From Felis catus (taxonomy: Eukaryota), in contig NC_058368.1 of assembly GCF_018350175.1 (NCBI RefSeq), positions 126,110,001-126,174,000 of the forward strand: a stretch of DNA of 64,000 bases, given 5' to 3'. The position numbers were made by a program, and so were the translations under genes. This document shows positions 39,105 through 52,752 of the stretch, piece after piece. The notes under the pieces were generated by a model. The model did not search any database. It saw only the letters and a program-made list of their open reading frames with translations, and had not been told where the DNA came from. Every line of letters starts with the position of its first letter. Position 1 is the first letter of the stretch.

Positions 39105-39920
39105 GAAGCCTCCCACACTTGTTCACTATTGGTGGGAGAATAAACTGATATATCCTTTCTTGAGGGCAACTTTGTAACTTACATCCAAAGCCCTTAAAAA
39201 TAGCATATATTAACCAGAGAGTCTCACTTCCGGAAATATATCCTAAGGAGATAATCAGGCAGTTGAAAAGATGGGTCTTTTAGGACATTCACTCCAAGGT
39301 TATTTATAAAAACAAAATAGAAACAGTCAAGTGAATGCCCAACAATTAACACTTCTTAAATTCACGGTACTCCTGCAAAGGATATACATTTGTAGCCAAG
39401 TAAACACTTGATGCAGATCTATTTTTACTGTCATGTAAAGATGCTCATAACATACCATCATATTTTAAAAATTATTAAATAGTGGGGAGCCTGGGTGGCT
39501 CAATTGGTTAAGCGTCCGGCTTCCGCTCAGGTCACACGATGTGGCAGTTCATGGGTTCGAGCCCCACATCAGGGTCTGTGCTGACAGCTTGGAGCCTAGA
39601 GCCTGCTTCCCATTCTGTGTCTCCCTCTCTCTCTGCCCCTCCCCCACCCATGCTTTGTCTCTCTCAAAAATAAATGAACATTAAAATTTTTTTGAATTAT
39701 TAGATAGAAATAATAGTTTGTTGCCATTAAAGATTTTAAATTATGTAAACATAATATAATTGCACAGAAAAACCTGAAAAAGGCAAGATGTAACAAAATG
39801 TTATGTGTACCAAAATATGGTTATTATTAGGCCCTAGGATCATGAATTTTTGTTTTTTCTTAATTTTTATAACAGAAATATTTATGTCCTGTGATGAGAA
39901 AAGTGATATCTATTTCTGTT
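39105..39920 (+). mobile_element. Old L1ME-like fragment split by a CanSINE
   Basis: TTGGTGGGAGAATAAACTG; GGAAATATATCCTAAGGAGATAAT. Confidence 0.6.
39484..39694 (+). mobile_element. CanSINE (felid type)
   Basis: GGGGAGCCTGGGTGGCTCA head; TSD AATTATTA(A/G)ATAG. Confidence 0.95.
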
Positions 39921-41848
39921 TTGAAGAAAAATAACTGGGAGAAAAATAGGAGTGATTGCTTTTTCTGATTCACAATGACAGGCAGTCCCGTTCTTAGACA
40001 CTGAGACACAGATAAATCATCAGATTCTGTTACTTCCTGTCAATAAGATGGCTCTGGGAAGCCTTCAGAAAGGTTAGGCCACAAGCAAAAAGGCCCAAGT
40101 GATATGAAGTTGGAAAAAAATCTGGATTAGTGAGTGGCTCCTTAGGGGTTTGAAGCATTTGTGCCTGTTCCAAAAGCTGTTGCTTAGAGCCAGTGGTCAT
40201 TAGCGTGTGGAGTGGCATGGGGGTGGCGAACTTCCTGGGTGCATGAATGGCATGTTAGAGGGCTTCAGAGGCAGGCTGGGCACTGGTGAGCCATCACGCC
40301 CTCATCGGCATGCGCTTTTCCTTACAGATCCTTAAGCTCCTTCCCATGGGACTTCCCAGCCTTCACACTATACATACACACAAGTGCACTCATAGAATTT
40401 CAGTTGTCAATTGTGTCTAATACTAAAGGGAGGTGATAATGACTCTTTCTCTGTGTCTATTTTAGAAATGGGATTATGAAACAGACTGATAATTTTTTTT
40501 TGCATAAAAACCCTTTGTATGTATCAAAACAGATGAGTGACCATTTCATAGCCACTTAATCAAATATAAGGTTAAAATAAGTAGGTGTTTAGCTATTTGA
40601 CTTACTTTGATGTATTTTATCCTAACATTGCTTCAGAGGTAACTGTGTAAAACTTTAAGGAGGAAAATTAGGAATATTCATATAAAAGCAATTTATTACC
40701 TTTCAAGACCTTTGAGGAGGCATCCCATAAAGTCCACTCCAGTCATTTCTTAAGAGTCAAATTCAACTTAGAAATATCTATCTCAGTTTTTCTCTTCTGA
40801 AAGTAAAGTTTATGAAATATATGTCTGTTCCAAAAAAATTAACTTGGCAGCTTTTTTTTTTGCCTTCAGAGATATAAAACTTAACATTCTTAGGTATAGC
40901 AAGTATTTTTATAGCATTGTATAGTTTAGGATTAAATAAGACTTCTCATTCCTCCCTCTTACCACATACCCTAAAACCAATATAAGGTTGAAACATGAAA
41001 ATGCCAATATTTGGCTAAAGCAACTGGGAAAATCATAACTTTCTGACAGAGTCAGTGTTTATGTTTAGAAATATCTTTGAAGGGACGTATAACATAACCA
41101 GGATTACTTTTGGTTAGAATAATATATTTTATACTACATTCATAACCTGTGTTTTTAACCATTTCAATACCCACAAAGGATATAGTCTAGCCTCAGTTGC
41201 AAGTGTGAGTATTTTGGGGGAGGGGGTGAGAGTAAGAACATGGCTGGTCCTGTATTTGAGATGATTTCTATATCAGGTAGAAGGCAGAGAAACACCTCCC
41301 ATTACAGGAAAGAGATTTGCATGTGACTTTACATCCACAACTGGAATTTCAGAAAAACATTCATTTTGCCTACAAGAGTAAACAGAACCATGCCTAGGGA
41401 AGTGTGACCTGAGCAAAATTCCACAGTGAGGTTCTCAGAGCCTTTCCTTGCATGGGTGGTAACAACATTCTCCCTCTACCTTTTCACTTTTTCCCGGACA
41501 CACACATACCCACATATCCATGTGTCACAGAGCAGTAGAACGGGGCTTCACACAATCCATCAGTTATAGTTCTGAATAAGAAGAAATAATTAGGTTGTGA
41601 CAATAGTCTCCTCATCAACAGGCATTCTTTACAGTAAAGCTTGTTTCCAGCCTGTATATTCTGTACTGTAACTATATATTCGGTACTGTATCTATAAGTC
41701 ACTGTGTTGTCCCTGTCTGAAATGAGATTGCAGAGTGACTCACAGATAACTGAATGTATTAAGTTGAGTGAAATAATGTCACTGGAACCAAGAAACTGGA
41801 CAGGAGACCAGCTTTCAGCTTCAAGTCCCTAGTTCTTCAATCTTTCAT

Positions 41849-41898
41849 TGTTTTGTTTTCATTTTTGTTTTTTGTTTTGTTTTGTTTTGTTTTGTTTT
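41849..41898. repeat. (TTTTG)n simple repeat
   Basis: Visible T4-5G units. Confidence 0.85.
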
Positions 41899-42619
41899 AC
41901 AAAGTGTTTAACATTATCCTAATGTCAGGTTTTCCTGGAGTTCAGGAAGAGTCTGGTTCAATTCTCAAGCACTTCGGGTCAATGCTGGACAAGGAACCCA
42001 GCCGCAATGGCTGCGGCTTCTATGTATCTTTAGGAATAAAAGATAAGCCCCTTATTGTGTGGCTCATCTTCTGCTTGGGTGCAGAAGGCAGGTGATCCAG
42101 GCCCTGCTGTGACAGAGTATGCTAGGCCCCAGGGGACAGACTTCTCACCATTTCCAGGGACAAATCTGTTGGTGAGACTTGGGGATCCTGCTGAATTCAG
42201 TGCAGCTACCCTTGGGGAGCAAATATCACCAGAACTGTGCCTCAGAACTTTACATAGATGCTCCTTCAAGTAGGGCAGAAGGACTTTCTGTTTCTTTTTC
42301 TTCTCTTTACAGGAGGACTTTTTTATCACATGGATAAAAGAGGAAACATCAAAAGTCTCCAGGTCACTTTGCCATTGTACAAATCTCAAAATTTCACAAG
42401 CCTACCCTCGTCATTTATGGAAAATTTGGGAGAAAAGGTAACATTCACAGTATATTGCTCAAAAATGTTCTCTTACTATCTGCTCATGTACTTGCCCTTG
42501 CTCGAAATCCTACATTACTTTCCCATCACACTCAAACTCCTTACTGTGACCAAACTTGTTCCTGTTCTGGGATTTGGGTCCTTGCTGTGGGTCCCTCGGC
42601 TTAGAGCTTTATAGGCTGC

Positions 42620-42930
42620 CCTTGCACATGCATTGCTTCCTGAGTCTAATCAAGTTTGCTTAGATGTCTCCTCTTCTTCACAAAGTCCTTCTATGACTAC
42701 CTGACTACCATGACCCATCAATTCTTCCCCTTTTACTTTGTTTCTTGCTAGCTTAAACGTTGTTCATTGTATTTATTTGATGTTTGGTCTTTGTTCTCTG
42801 CCCTGAAATGTGAACTCCACGAGGGTAGATTCTTTGCCTCTTTTGCTCATTACCTGTATCAACATTGTCTGGAAGAGTACTGGAATATAATCAGCGCTAC
42901 TCAACAAATACGTGCTGAGTGAATGGTGAA
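42620..42930 (+). mobile_element. L2 3' end
   Basis: AATGTGAACTCCACGAGGGTAG...CTCAACAAATACGTGCTGAGTGAATG. Confidence 0.75.
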
Positions 42931-43663
42931 TATCTATAGCCCATAGTTAGGTACATGAATATGTGACTTTGCTATATTCAGAAAAATTTAAGTGGTTGTT
43001 CTTAGTTCTCTTAGACTTTATGGACAAATGACAGTATTTCTAATATTATCTGAACAGTGAACACTGAATGGTGAGTTAGCTAGTGCTTAGATTTCCAATG
43101 TACTTTTTACCACCAAGAGGAGGTCAGAATGTGCTCAGTTTAAGAGTAGCTATAGTTTGGTTCTACTACTAGAATAATAATTAACTGAAAATTTCACATG
43201 AATATTCTAATTGAATAGAAACCTTTATTAATTTCAAACTGATGAAAATTATTCTAGTCTATTGTACATTTGAAAGATTAATGATTTGGGAATCTAAAGC
43301 TGTGGGTTCTGACCTGGTTCAGGAGGAACTTAAACAATGCATTGGACCACTGCATGTCTCATGTCTATAAAATAGGACATACAACTAAATGATCTATAAG
43401 ATGTTGAGGGAATATGTGGAATTTGGTAGAAAATCTCCTCATTCTCAGACAATGCAGGACGTGTCTCGGACTTCAGAGGCACTCGTGAATTCATCACTAT
43501 GGTGTAGTTCTAGAAATTGGTCTGAATATAATGCCAAAGATGAGAAATAATCCACAGGACTTTTTTACTTTGCTTTAGTGAAGCTGTAATAGTTATCTTT
43601 TATTTTATGTCTCTCTCTATAAATTTCCATTAATTACTCTCATTTTAATGATGTGATCTAAAT

Positions 43664-43886
43664 CAATGGTTCTCAGCCAGTGGCTATTTTGGCTCCCAGT
43701 GGACATTTGACAATACCTGGGGACATTTTTGATTGTCACAACTTGGGGAGGGGAGTGGGGGTGCTCCTGGCATCTAGTAGGTAGAAGCCAGGGATGCTAT
43801 TAACCAGCCCACAGTGCACAGCACAGCCTCACATCACAGCACATTACCCAGCCCACAATGTCAATGGTGCTGAGGCAGAGAGGGTG
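43664..43886 (+). mobile_element. MER20 (hAT-Charlie DNA transposon), near full length
   Basis: CAATGGTTCTCA...GGACATTTTTGATTGTCACAAC...CTGGCATCTAGTAGGTAGAAGCCAGGGATGCT; 8-bp TSD ATCTAAAT/AACTAAAT. Confidence 0.9.
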
Positions 43887-46029
43887 AACTAAATAAAAAC
43901 ACCTTGACCTGTGTATTCTTCCCATTTTGCACTTTTCCTACATGTAGAACATCAATTAAAATTTCAGGTACTTAAGGGATCCATTTAAATGAAAGTAAAA
44001 AATAATCTTGTAGAAATAAATAATCAATGAGGACCTAAAAGCAAATAAGTAAGCAAACAAAACAAAAAACTGTAAAATCTGGGTAAACTCTTTCAAGCCA
44101 TTGATTGGAACATACATTATACAGATATTGTACAGTGACACAGATAAAATTCATCTGCTTTCCCAGCTAGCCTCTTAGTTCTTTCTCTAAAATGTCCCTT
44201 AACCATGTCTGTGTCATATCCTGAAAACTAACCTAAATTTTGGCGTTCGTTGTTAGCAAATATTTAGTAAAGAATAGTAACTCCTGAGTTTTGAAAAACA
44301 GAGACCTTTCAGCAAACAACTCCAATGGAAACAACTGAAGAGCTAATTTTTATTGCTAATTAAACAATGATTTCCTGTATATCGTCAGCTATGTTCCCAG
44401 GACTAAATGAAATGTTCACAACCCCACTTTGCACGTGGTTATCTCTACTGGGCTAAGCCCAGGACTTCTCAGCAGTCCTTGCCCAACCTTTCTGCTTGTA
44501 GGCGTGCACTTCCTCGAACTTCCTCGTGCTTGTCCCCTGCTCTTGTGACATAAATTCATCTTTGTCAGTCTCAGCTGAAATATGCAAACCTCTTGCTGAT
44601 GTCATCTGGGAAATAGATGACCTTGTGGCTAAATATATACTGCATGGCTTTGCAAACTGTCAATTTTCAGATTTAAGACTTCGTCTTTGGCACATTGGGC
44701 TGGTCAGTGTCACAATTTTAAAAGGAAATGTTTCCAGGACAACAGCCTTGCCTTCTGATGACCACATGATGTTGGCCATTTCAGTAAAGACTTGACTTGG
44801 TTTTGTGCGTTTGAAAATTCACAAGTAACAAAGCACAAAAGTCTGCCACTATTTTGCATCTTTTCAGAGCAGCTTTTCTCTTGTCTTTGTTTTAGGCATA
44901 GATATTATTTTAAGTAGGTTCAGTCTGATAGATGATGACTTGATTGTCTTTTCTTCAGGAACATTCAGATTTGTGTGAAAATGTCAGCAAAATTGTGTAA
45001 GTCAAACAGAACACATTTCTTAGTCATGTAGGAATACTTTCTAATGTTGGAATTAATGTCATATTTTTTCTTTTGTTCTTTTGCCTTAATTTTCCTGTTA
45101 CTGTTTCCCATCTTAGTTCTACCCAAACTTTCTAAGCTTTTGAATTATTTTTTTTTTTTTACAGCAGGGAACATGGTAATATAGGCTCTCTAAAATGTCA
45201 CAGACATTTAACATTTACTTGGTGTTAAAATGTATTGAAATGTAATGATGGTCAAAACTGAACCCTATTAATTTAAAGAGAAAACTTTCCTGATAGAATG
45301 AAGATTGAAGAAATAGATTGAGCATCTGAGAATTTACTGACAACCAAGAATTAGCACAGCACTGAGAAGGGTACATGTGTTTAAAAGGGGATGAGACAAC
45401 TTGATATTATTATGTCAACTATGTTAGAAGTTAAAACAGGTTAGGACACCCTGGTATGCTCCCTTGGTAATATTTTTTTAATCAAATAATTCCTACTGGA
45501 TATCTATGTTGCACTAAACAGTATGCCAATCACTGCAGATAGACGAAGGAATCGGGCATCTTCCCTACCTTCTGTGGTTCTCAAGGTAGACCTTCAACAT
45601 GCAGGTGCCTGAGGACTAGAGGTGATAAGACAGAGCATGTATTGAGTTTGTTGTGATCAAAGAAGCTGTAGGTTTTTCTCCTGGACAGTTAAATGCTAGA
45701 GAAGTGTGACTAGGAAGTAGTGACATATGGAAATAAATGAAATAGGAAGTATGGAAATATAGAGAAGGTCATTTTGTGTACCAAAAAAAAGTATATAATA
45801 TATGCATATTAATTATAACTATGAAAAATATTTTTAAGCCTATGCACAGAGTTCTGATATTTACTTGGTCTTTTTTTTTTTTTTCCTTGTAAAGTTGCCT
45901 GCATTTGTTAGATTTTAATTACTAGTGAGAAAGAAAGCCACTTGTATTCCCTTTAATCATTTTTTAGTCCTTAAAATAATCCTGTCTTACATATAATGTT
46001 TTCTATGGTGGAGAGGAAACAGAACTTTT

Positions 46030-46190
46030 TGAGAGGGACCATGCTCTGAGCTTTATACATTTATGTCAACTCATTCAATCCTTCCTTCAATTCTGTGATT
46101 AAAAAAATAGTTATAGAAATAAGGAAACTGAAGCAGAGAAGGATTATGTAATATACGCAAGAAAGAGGAGTCGGATGGACTCTGAAGGCT
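46030..46190 (-). mobile_element. MIR fragment
   Basis: AATAAGGAAACTGAAGCAGAGAAGGATTA. Confidence 0.55.
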
Positions 46191-47779
46191 ACTTCCTCCA
46201 CATGTGCTCATTTCTTAGAAAATGAAAACATCCAGCAAAATAAGGAAATTATATTTTAGCAATATTATAGTTCAAATTTTCAAAGTCTATTGTATGCCTA
46301 ATAAACTGCTGGATATTTAACTGTATGTTTTTGGTTCTGTTTCTCATCTCCCTTTCTTGCTCTGTAAAGTGAAGAGGTTGTAGAGGGGACTAGGGCTGAG
46401 ATTCTATGCCTTTATGGTTTAGGGTGGTATATTATTCAGAACTGTCAACACTATCCATCTCAGAAGCAAATGCCATCGTGCCAGATATCAGAAATTTAAC
46501 AATCCCCCAAGAAAATCTGCTCCAAATCACTTGGAGGTGGGATGGTGGATAATTAAATTAAATGGAGAGAGGCATTTAAAATATTTTACTTCCTCTTAAC
46601 GTTGGTGACACACTCATTTGACTTCTCTTAGTTTGTGCATGTATAATATGCAAAAGCAAAATAAACACGAGTAAAAATAAAGCCACTGGCTACTGCACTG
46701 GGTTTTGGTTTTTTTGTTTTTGTTTTTCAAATTTTATGTTTGGCATTGTAAATCTGACTCATTTAAAATAAGGATTAGCTTTCCTAAGATGAAATTTTAT
46801 GAATGATAATTTTTAAGGATCCAGAAAGTATTTTTCTGTATATGTCATTATGTCACTAGCTATATTTAGTTCCACAGGATTTATTGAGCACTTTGATGAG
46901 CTCTGTGCATGTGATCTTCACATTATTTGCCATAGGGCCATAAGTGCAAATAACCTATACTATAATTTCTTTAATATTTTTAGTTAATGTTGACTTGGAG
47001 TTTTAACAGAAATAAATTGATTTGGAAAGAAAAGTTGATAAATGCTGATTGCTTGCCATAACTGCAAACTAAAAGTAGCGGCAAAATACATCACTCTTTT
47101 TTTTTTTTTAATATCTGCTACCTAAATATGTGCTGCATAAAGCTGTATCAAATTCCCAAATTCCACCACCAGCGTTGTGCCTGAAACATTTGCATACTAG
47201 GATTCTGGGAACAAGTTCTTGTCAACATCGGTAATCAAATTAGCTCTTACCACAATGCCTCTGCCACTTGTTCTCACTATGCACTCAACAAATAGGCATT
47301 TTTTTTAAAGACTATAAAACAGATGATTTCTCAGGACAAATAAATTGGTTATAACCTTACACATGTCACGGCAACTTTATTTATTTGATTTATTTAGGGT
47401 TCTGGTAAATAAATCAAAAGTAAATCCAGAAAGGCATCCACGAAAAATTGGCCTTGAGCTAAATTATAAACCTAGCAAGAGGCCTTTGTGAGCCCCCATT
47501 TCAAGCACCTGTTCTATTGTTGCCACCCTAATTCCAACTCAGGTCATGTTTTTCCTTTCGTGTGTCCTCCCTCCTCGCTTGACCTTCTCTGGATCCTTTT
47601 TGCTTTTCATGGCCTTCAGGAAAGAATTTGAAACTCATTCACACTAAACTGATAAGAGCTTAAAGGTTTGTGTCTCCCATGGATCACTGCCTTCTGCCTT
47701 CAAGAAAGAAGAAAGTCAGCAGTATGCTTGGATTTGCATCCGGCCTTCCTCACAATCCTCTCTCCACACTATCATCCCA

Positions 47780-47970
47780 AGACACTTAACAGCTACGTGA
47801 TGCTGAGCAAGTTGTATCACTTCTCTAAGCTTGTTTCCTTATTGGCAAAGAACGAATGATATTTCCTTCCTCATAGATTTGTTATGAGACTTTAATGAGG
47901 TAATGTAAAGTGCTTAACATAGTGCCTGGCTCACAGTGTGAACTTCCTCAACAATAACTGCTATTATTCT
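47780..47970 (+). mobile_element. MIR
   Basis: AGCTACGTGATGCTGAGCAAGTT...GTAAAGTGCTTAACATAGTGCCTGGC. Confidence 0.8.
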
Positions 47971-49841
47971 TATACAGCGGTTTCCACCAAAGAGGAAACT
48001 TTGGCCCTACCCCTGAGTAAAATTCAAAACATTCTGTAAGCTATAGGTAGAGCCTGATAGCATTATACTGTTAGCAAGTGTTTGTTTACAACTAGCTTCG
48101 TAATTTGTCAATTTATTACTCTCTTTCCTGAAAAAAAGTGATATGATTAATAGAAATGATTCAACAATGTTGGGAGAGTACTAATTAGAAGGAAAACACT
48201 TTGAATCTGTTTTACTCAAACAGCAAAGTCACGATAACAAGTTTTGATAAACAAAGAGCTATCCTTCTCCCGCCTCTAAGCACTTCTGCCCAACATCAGT
48301 CTTAAAGTTTGACTAGGAAAAATGCCTTGCTTTCTCTTCTGCTCTCCTATAAGTGCTGAGCCCACCTTTCCAATTATTTTTATTATAATACATGTAATTA
48401 CAATGGTTATTTTGGCAGATGTGGCTGACCTAAAAGCTTTGTTCTTTCTCTGCTTAAGCTATGGGAGTGCAACCCTGAAAATCTGGAAAACTTGGAAGAG
48501 TTCAGCTTTGAAAGTTCCTTGAACAGGAATGGAGAAAAAGGTTGTGATCAGCACATGATGTGCATTATTTCCTGAATGAGAAGGTTTTTATTTGGATTCC
48601 TTCCATAGGGTTCTGTTCCAGGGTTATCAACTGAGAAAATCATCTCCAACTGTTTTTGTTCTTGTTTGGAGGGATTCTCCACCCCCGTGCCCCAGCTAAC
48701 TCTTTTGAAAGCACCTGCTTGGTGACATGGGGAAAAGGTCATGAGAGAGTCAGCAGTGTGGCAGCCATTTCCTGAGCCATCCTGATCTTATCCTAGAAGA
48801 TGGATCACATTCTCTAGATGAACTTGTTATAAATAGCAGTTATCAGGAGCTAATGGTAGTAAGAAGACTTATCAGACACAGCATAGGATTGACAGTTTTG
48901 ATCTGTCCTATTGGCTCTGTCTAAAAGCTGATTTCTATCTTGGACATGGATGGATTTGAATACTATTGCACACCCGTACCTCCAACTCTAGTCTATCTTT
49001 TGCCTCCCCAACCCGCTAAGATTCTTTTAAGTTTGACTTTCTGTACTTTGTATTGCAGAAAACAATAGATAAATAGGTTTTGTATTTTATTTAATACAAT
49101 TTTTCAAATTATACTCAACGTTATTTGATATAGTACCCAAATTATGTGCATCCTTCATTGTCTGGCTATACCTGTTAGAGATTCACTGGCTCAGAGGTTT
49201 TAGACTGGCCTCAAGGGTATGATTCTTTCATTCTATAGGTCAAAAGGCCAAGTTTGTTTAAGAGAACTATTTCCATCCCAGATTTAGCATAAAAGGATCT
49301 GAATATTCAGGATGAAAAACAAACCTGTATGCAGCTTTCTGTGGTCATCATAACATTTCCTGTCAATGCAAAGGACCACCAGCCATCACAGATGCATGAC
49401 CAACCACAGAAGAATCAGCATAGACTAGAAGTTTCTATCTGAAAACTCCACTAGGTATTAGCTTCCAGAAAATGTTAAAAGATTGCTTTTAAAGTAGTAT
49501 TTGATAATGTAGACATGATATTTTCTTCCTTCAGTTTTGTGCCTCAAGAACATCTCTAATGTTTAGCTCATAGAAGTATCAGAATTTTGCAGGAATTAGA
49601 GAAGGTATGGCTAAATCTTATTTGACAAGAATTTTTGAACACATACCATGTGCTATGTAGTGTTCAAAAGAGCAAAATGTCTTCCTTTTTTAGAGGTTCA
49701 GTGTAGTGGAGAACTTCTTTACTAAAGAAAATAATAATGGACCAAGAAGAATCCTGAGGTCCTTACTGATATTTTTAAAAGTAAAATAATTGCTGTGTGG
49801 TTATAGAAACCTTTTATTTTATTTTATTATATAGAAACCTG

Positions 49842-50051
49842 TTTTTTTTTTAACACTTACTTATTTTTGAGAGACAGAGGCAGAGTGCAGGTGGGGGAGG
49901 GGCAGAGAGAGAGGGAGACACAGAATCTGAAGCAGACTCCAAGCTCTGAGCTGTCAGCACAGAGCCCGACGTGGGGCTCTAACCCACGAGTGGTGAGATT
50001 ATGACCTGAGCCTAAGTTGGACGCTCAACTGACTGAGCCACCCAGGTGCCC
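49842..50051 (-). mobile_element. CanSINE (felid type)
   Basis: GAGACACAGAATCTGAAGCAG...CTGAGCCACCCAGGTGCCC. Confidence 0.96.
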
Positions 50052-50899
50052 TGGAACCTTTCATTTTATTGGCAATAGATATAAATTTACTAGAATGAGC
50101 TTCATTTATATTAAAATCCTATTAGAACTTTAGTACCTGGAAAATATCTCTGAGCCTTAGTTTCATCATCTAAAAATAAGGTGTTAGATGAACTCCGAGC
50201 TTCCTTCCAGCTCTGTTATTCTAGATCCATCCTTGTGTATTTCTAAAATTGGTAGACCAAAGTGCATTATTTGACTAGAAAACATCTGTTATTCCTCTAA
50301 AACCTACACATGCATGCATATTATGGTGATATATATATACATATTTGTCAGGGGAGTCCTAGTTGTGAAGATGACATCTTGTCCTTATTCCTATTATATA
50401 GATTCTGAGCTAATTCAGTGCAACCATCAACAACAAACATATGTTGAGCACCCAACATGTACATGGCATTTGAACAGAAGCAGGTTCAGATCATGGTATT
50501 AAGGAGAGCAAAAACTGGCCCTGTATCTCAGACCTTCCAACACTGCTGTTCCTTCTTATAAGAGCACAGTTTGCCCCCAGTCCTGCCTCTGCCCAGCCAG
50601 TGCAGGATGGTGAGGGGGACCCCACCCTCTGACCTTATCAGCTGCCTTCAACCTGGGAGAATGGTTATTCCCAGTCACATTGTTTCTAACTTCCTGATCC
50701 TACTTGCTCCCTCTGAGTCACTGAACATGAAATCATAGCTAAGGAAGCTTCAAAGGGACCATGGAAAGCCCTAGACACACACAGTCTAAATGATAAAATG
50801 GTATCGGCCGCAAGACTATAAAGAAAATCATGGGTTTATCACGACAGTTGTCCTAGGTAGAGTCCTACCCCCCTAAATAAAGCTGGGATTACTTAGGCT

Positions 50900-51340
50900 G
50901 CTTCCCAAAGCCTTCTCAATCTAAACCCACCCACTTCTTCCGTATGCACCAACATGATGCTCCAACAATACTGCATTCCTTATAGTTCTCTGTATGTGAC
51001 ACACTTGTTTCTAACTTTTTCCTTTGAATTTATACTATCATATGCCTAACCTTCTTCATCTCCTCTTCCACCTGATAAAACCTTCTTCTCCCATGAAACC
51101 AGCTGGAATGGTGAGTGTTCTGTGAAGTCTTTCCTGATAACCCTGGATTATGTTAGTCATGCCCTCTCACCTATCTGTTCACATTCCCATCAAAACCTCT
51201 ATTGTGATTCTCTGTTGATATGTTTCTCTCTGGTCCAGATTTCAGGCTCTTTTGTGGGATCACCTTTTTTTTTTATTTATCTCTGGATCCCTAGAAATTT
51301 CCAGTCCCTGAGGCTCAAAGTTTGTTGAATAAGTGAACAA
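50900..51340 (+). mobile_element. L2 3' fragment
   Basis: TGTGAAGTCTTTCCTGA; ends GCTCAAAGTTTGTTGAATAAGTGAA. Confidence 0.55.
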
Positions 51341-51824
51341 ATTCTAGCTTCTGCCTCAAAGCAGAGACATGTTTAGTAGGAGTGTGTGTAATTGAGTGAA
51401 GGATGGTGGGTAGTAAGCCTGAGCAGTACTTCGAGCCAAACTAGAAAGGCTTAGGGAACACTTATCTGCACCTTGTTAGTGAGAGATGCCAAGAAGCAGA
51501 CCCCAAACCATCGCTTTTTCCATTAGTGGAGCTCATAAAAACTAAATAATATAGGAGTGGAAGTTAATACACTATGTTTTGTTTCATACACTGTGTTTTG
51601 TTTCTCTGGCAAATGTTGAGAGAAGAGTTGCAGGTAACTGGAGGGGTCTCCCAGGCCGATTTGAGAGAACACAGGTATTTAATCTTCTAATAGGCCACAA
51701 CTAAACTTTAACATTAAAGCACAATGTAAAACAAAAACAAAAACCCTTGGTCTTCTTCATTCACTTAGTCCATCTCAAGAATAAGACAAGAATATATGGG
51801 AAAACAATTAGAATAATTCTTTTA

Positions 51825-52072
51825 GGGGTGCCTTGTTGGCTCATTTGGTTAAGCTTCTGCCTCTTGATTTCTGCTCAGGTCATGATCTCATGGTGCTTGG
51901 GTTCAAGCCCCATGTTGGGATCCATGCTGACAGTGCAGAGCCTGCTTGAGATTCTCTGTCTCCCTCTCTCTCTGTCCCTCCCTTCCTCATGTACGAGCTC
52001 ACTCTTTCCATCTCTCTCTCAAGAATAAAAAATAATAATAATAATAAGGAGAAGGAGGAGGAGGAAGAGGAG
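51825..52072 (+). mobile_element. CanSINE with (AAT)n(GAG)n tail
   Basis: GGGGTGCC head, GCTCAGGTCATGATCTCATGG; compound tail. Confidence 0.92.
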
Positions 52073-52149
52073 AATTCCTGTCTAATGATCTATAGGTAAC
52101 TTTTTGGGTTGCAGAACTTCAGTGGAAAAGGTGAGGAAGAAGAGAAGGT

Positions 52150-52440
52150 ATATTATTTAAAGTAATGAATACTGGTTGCTGTAAGAAGCATCCCCTAAAT
52201 CTCAATAGCTTCCCATAGATTTCTGTTTCCTCTAACATCAAGTAGGGAGAAGTGGGCAGCTCTGCTCCAAGTTAATGTCCAGCTAGTAGCACGTGACTAA
52301 TGATGGGAAAGTTTTTAGACTACAGGCCTAGAAATGCTGCATATTAGTTTCCTCACATTCCACTGTCCAGAAAGCGATAAAAAGGCTCCCTCCATCAGCA
52401 AGGGTGGGGTGGTTTAGCTGTTTATAAAAAGAGGAGGACC
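52150..52440 (-). mobile_element. Old MaLR LTR fragment (MLT1J/K/L-like)
   Basis: GGTTGCTGTAAG...AAATCTCAATAGCTT; CTCACATTCCACTGTCCAGAA. Confidence 0.5.
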
Positions 52441-52752
52441 CAGAATTCTCTCAAAGAGGAAAGTAAAAAGTCAGGGAGAAGAAAGGAAGGGGAAAATCCA
52501 AATAAAAGGAGAGGTTCAGAAAGCACTCAGGGAGAAGTTTGCCCTCTTTGGGTCTCTCTTATAAAAAACATTTCTTACCTTAGATTATCACCCAGCTGAA
52601 GAGTAGAATCTATATAAATATGGAGCATATAGATGTTCCATTTCAGCTGTGTGTGAGAATGTGTGTGGTGTAGTGTGTGTGTACACATATGACACATTTG
52701 GGATCCAGAGTGTGAACAAGGACAGGAAATATTGAAAAGTGCAATAGGTATA

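Noticed and set aside
41999..42020. Small hairpin AGCCGCA-atggc-TGCGGCT and overlapping ORFs nearby
   Set aside because: A 7-bp stem is expected by chance; the ORFs resemble nothing I recognise
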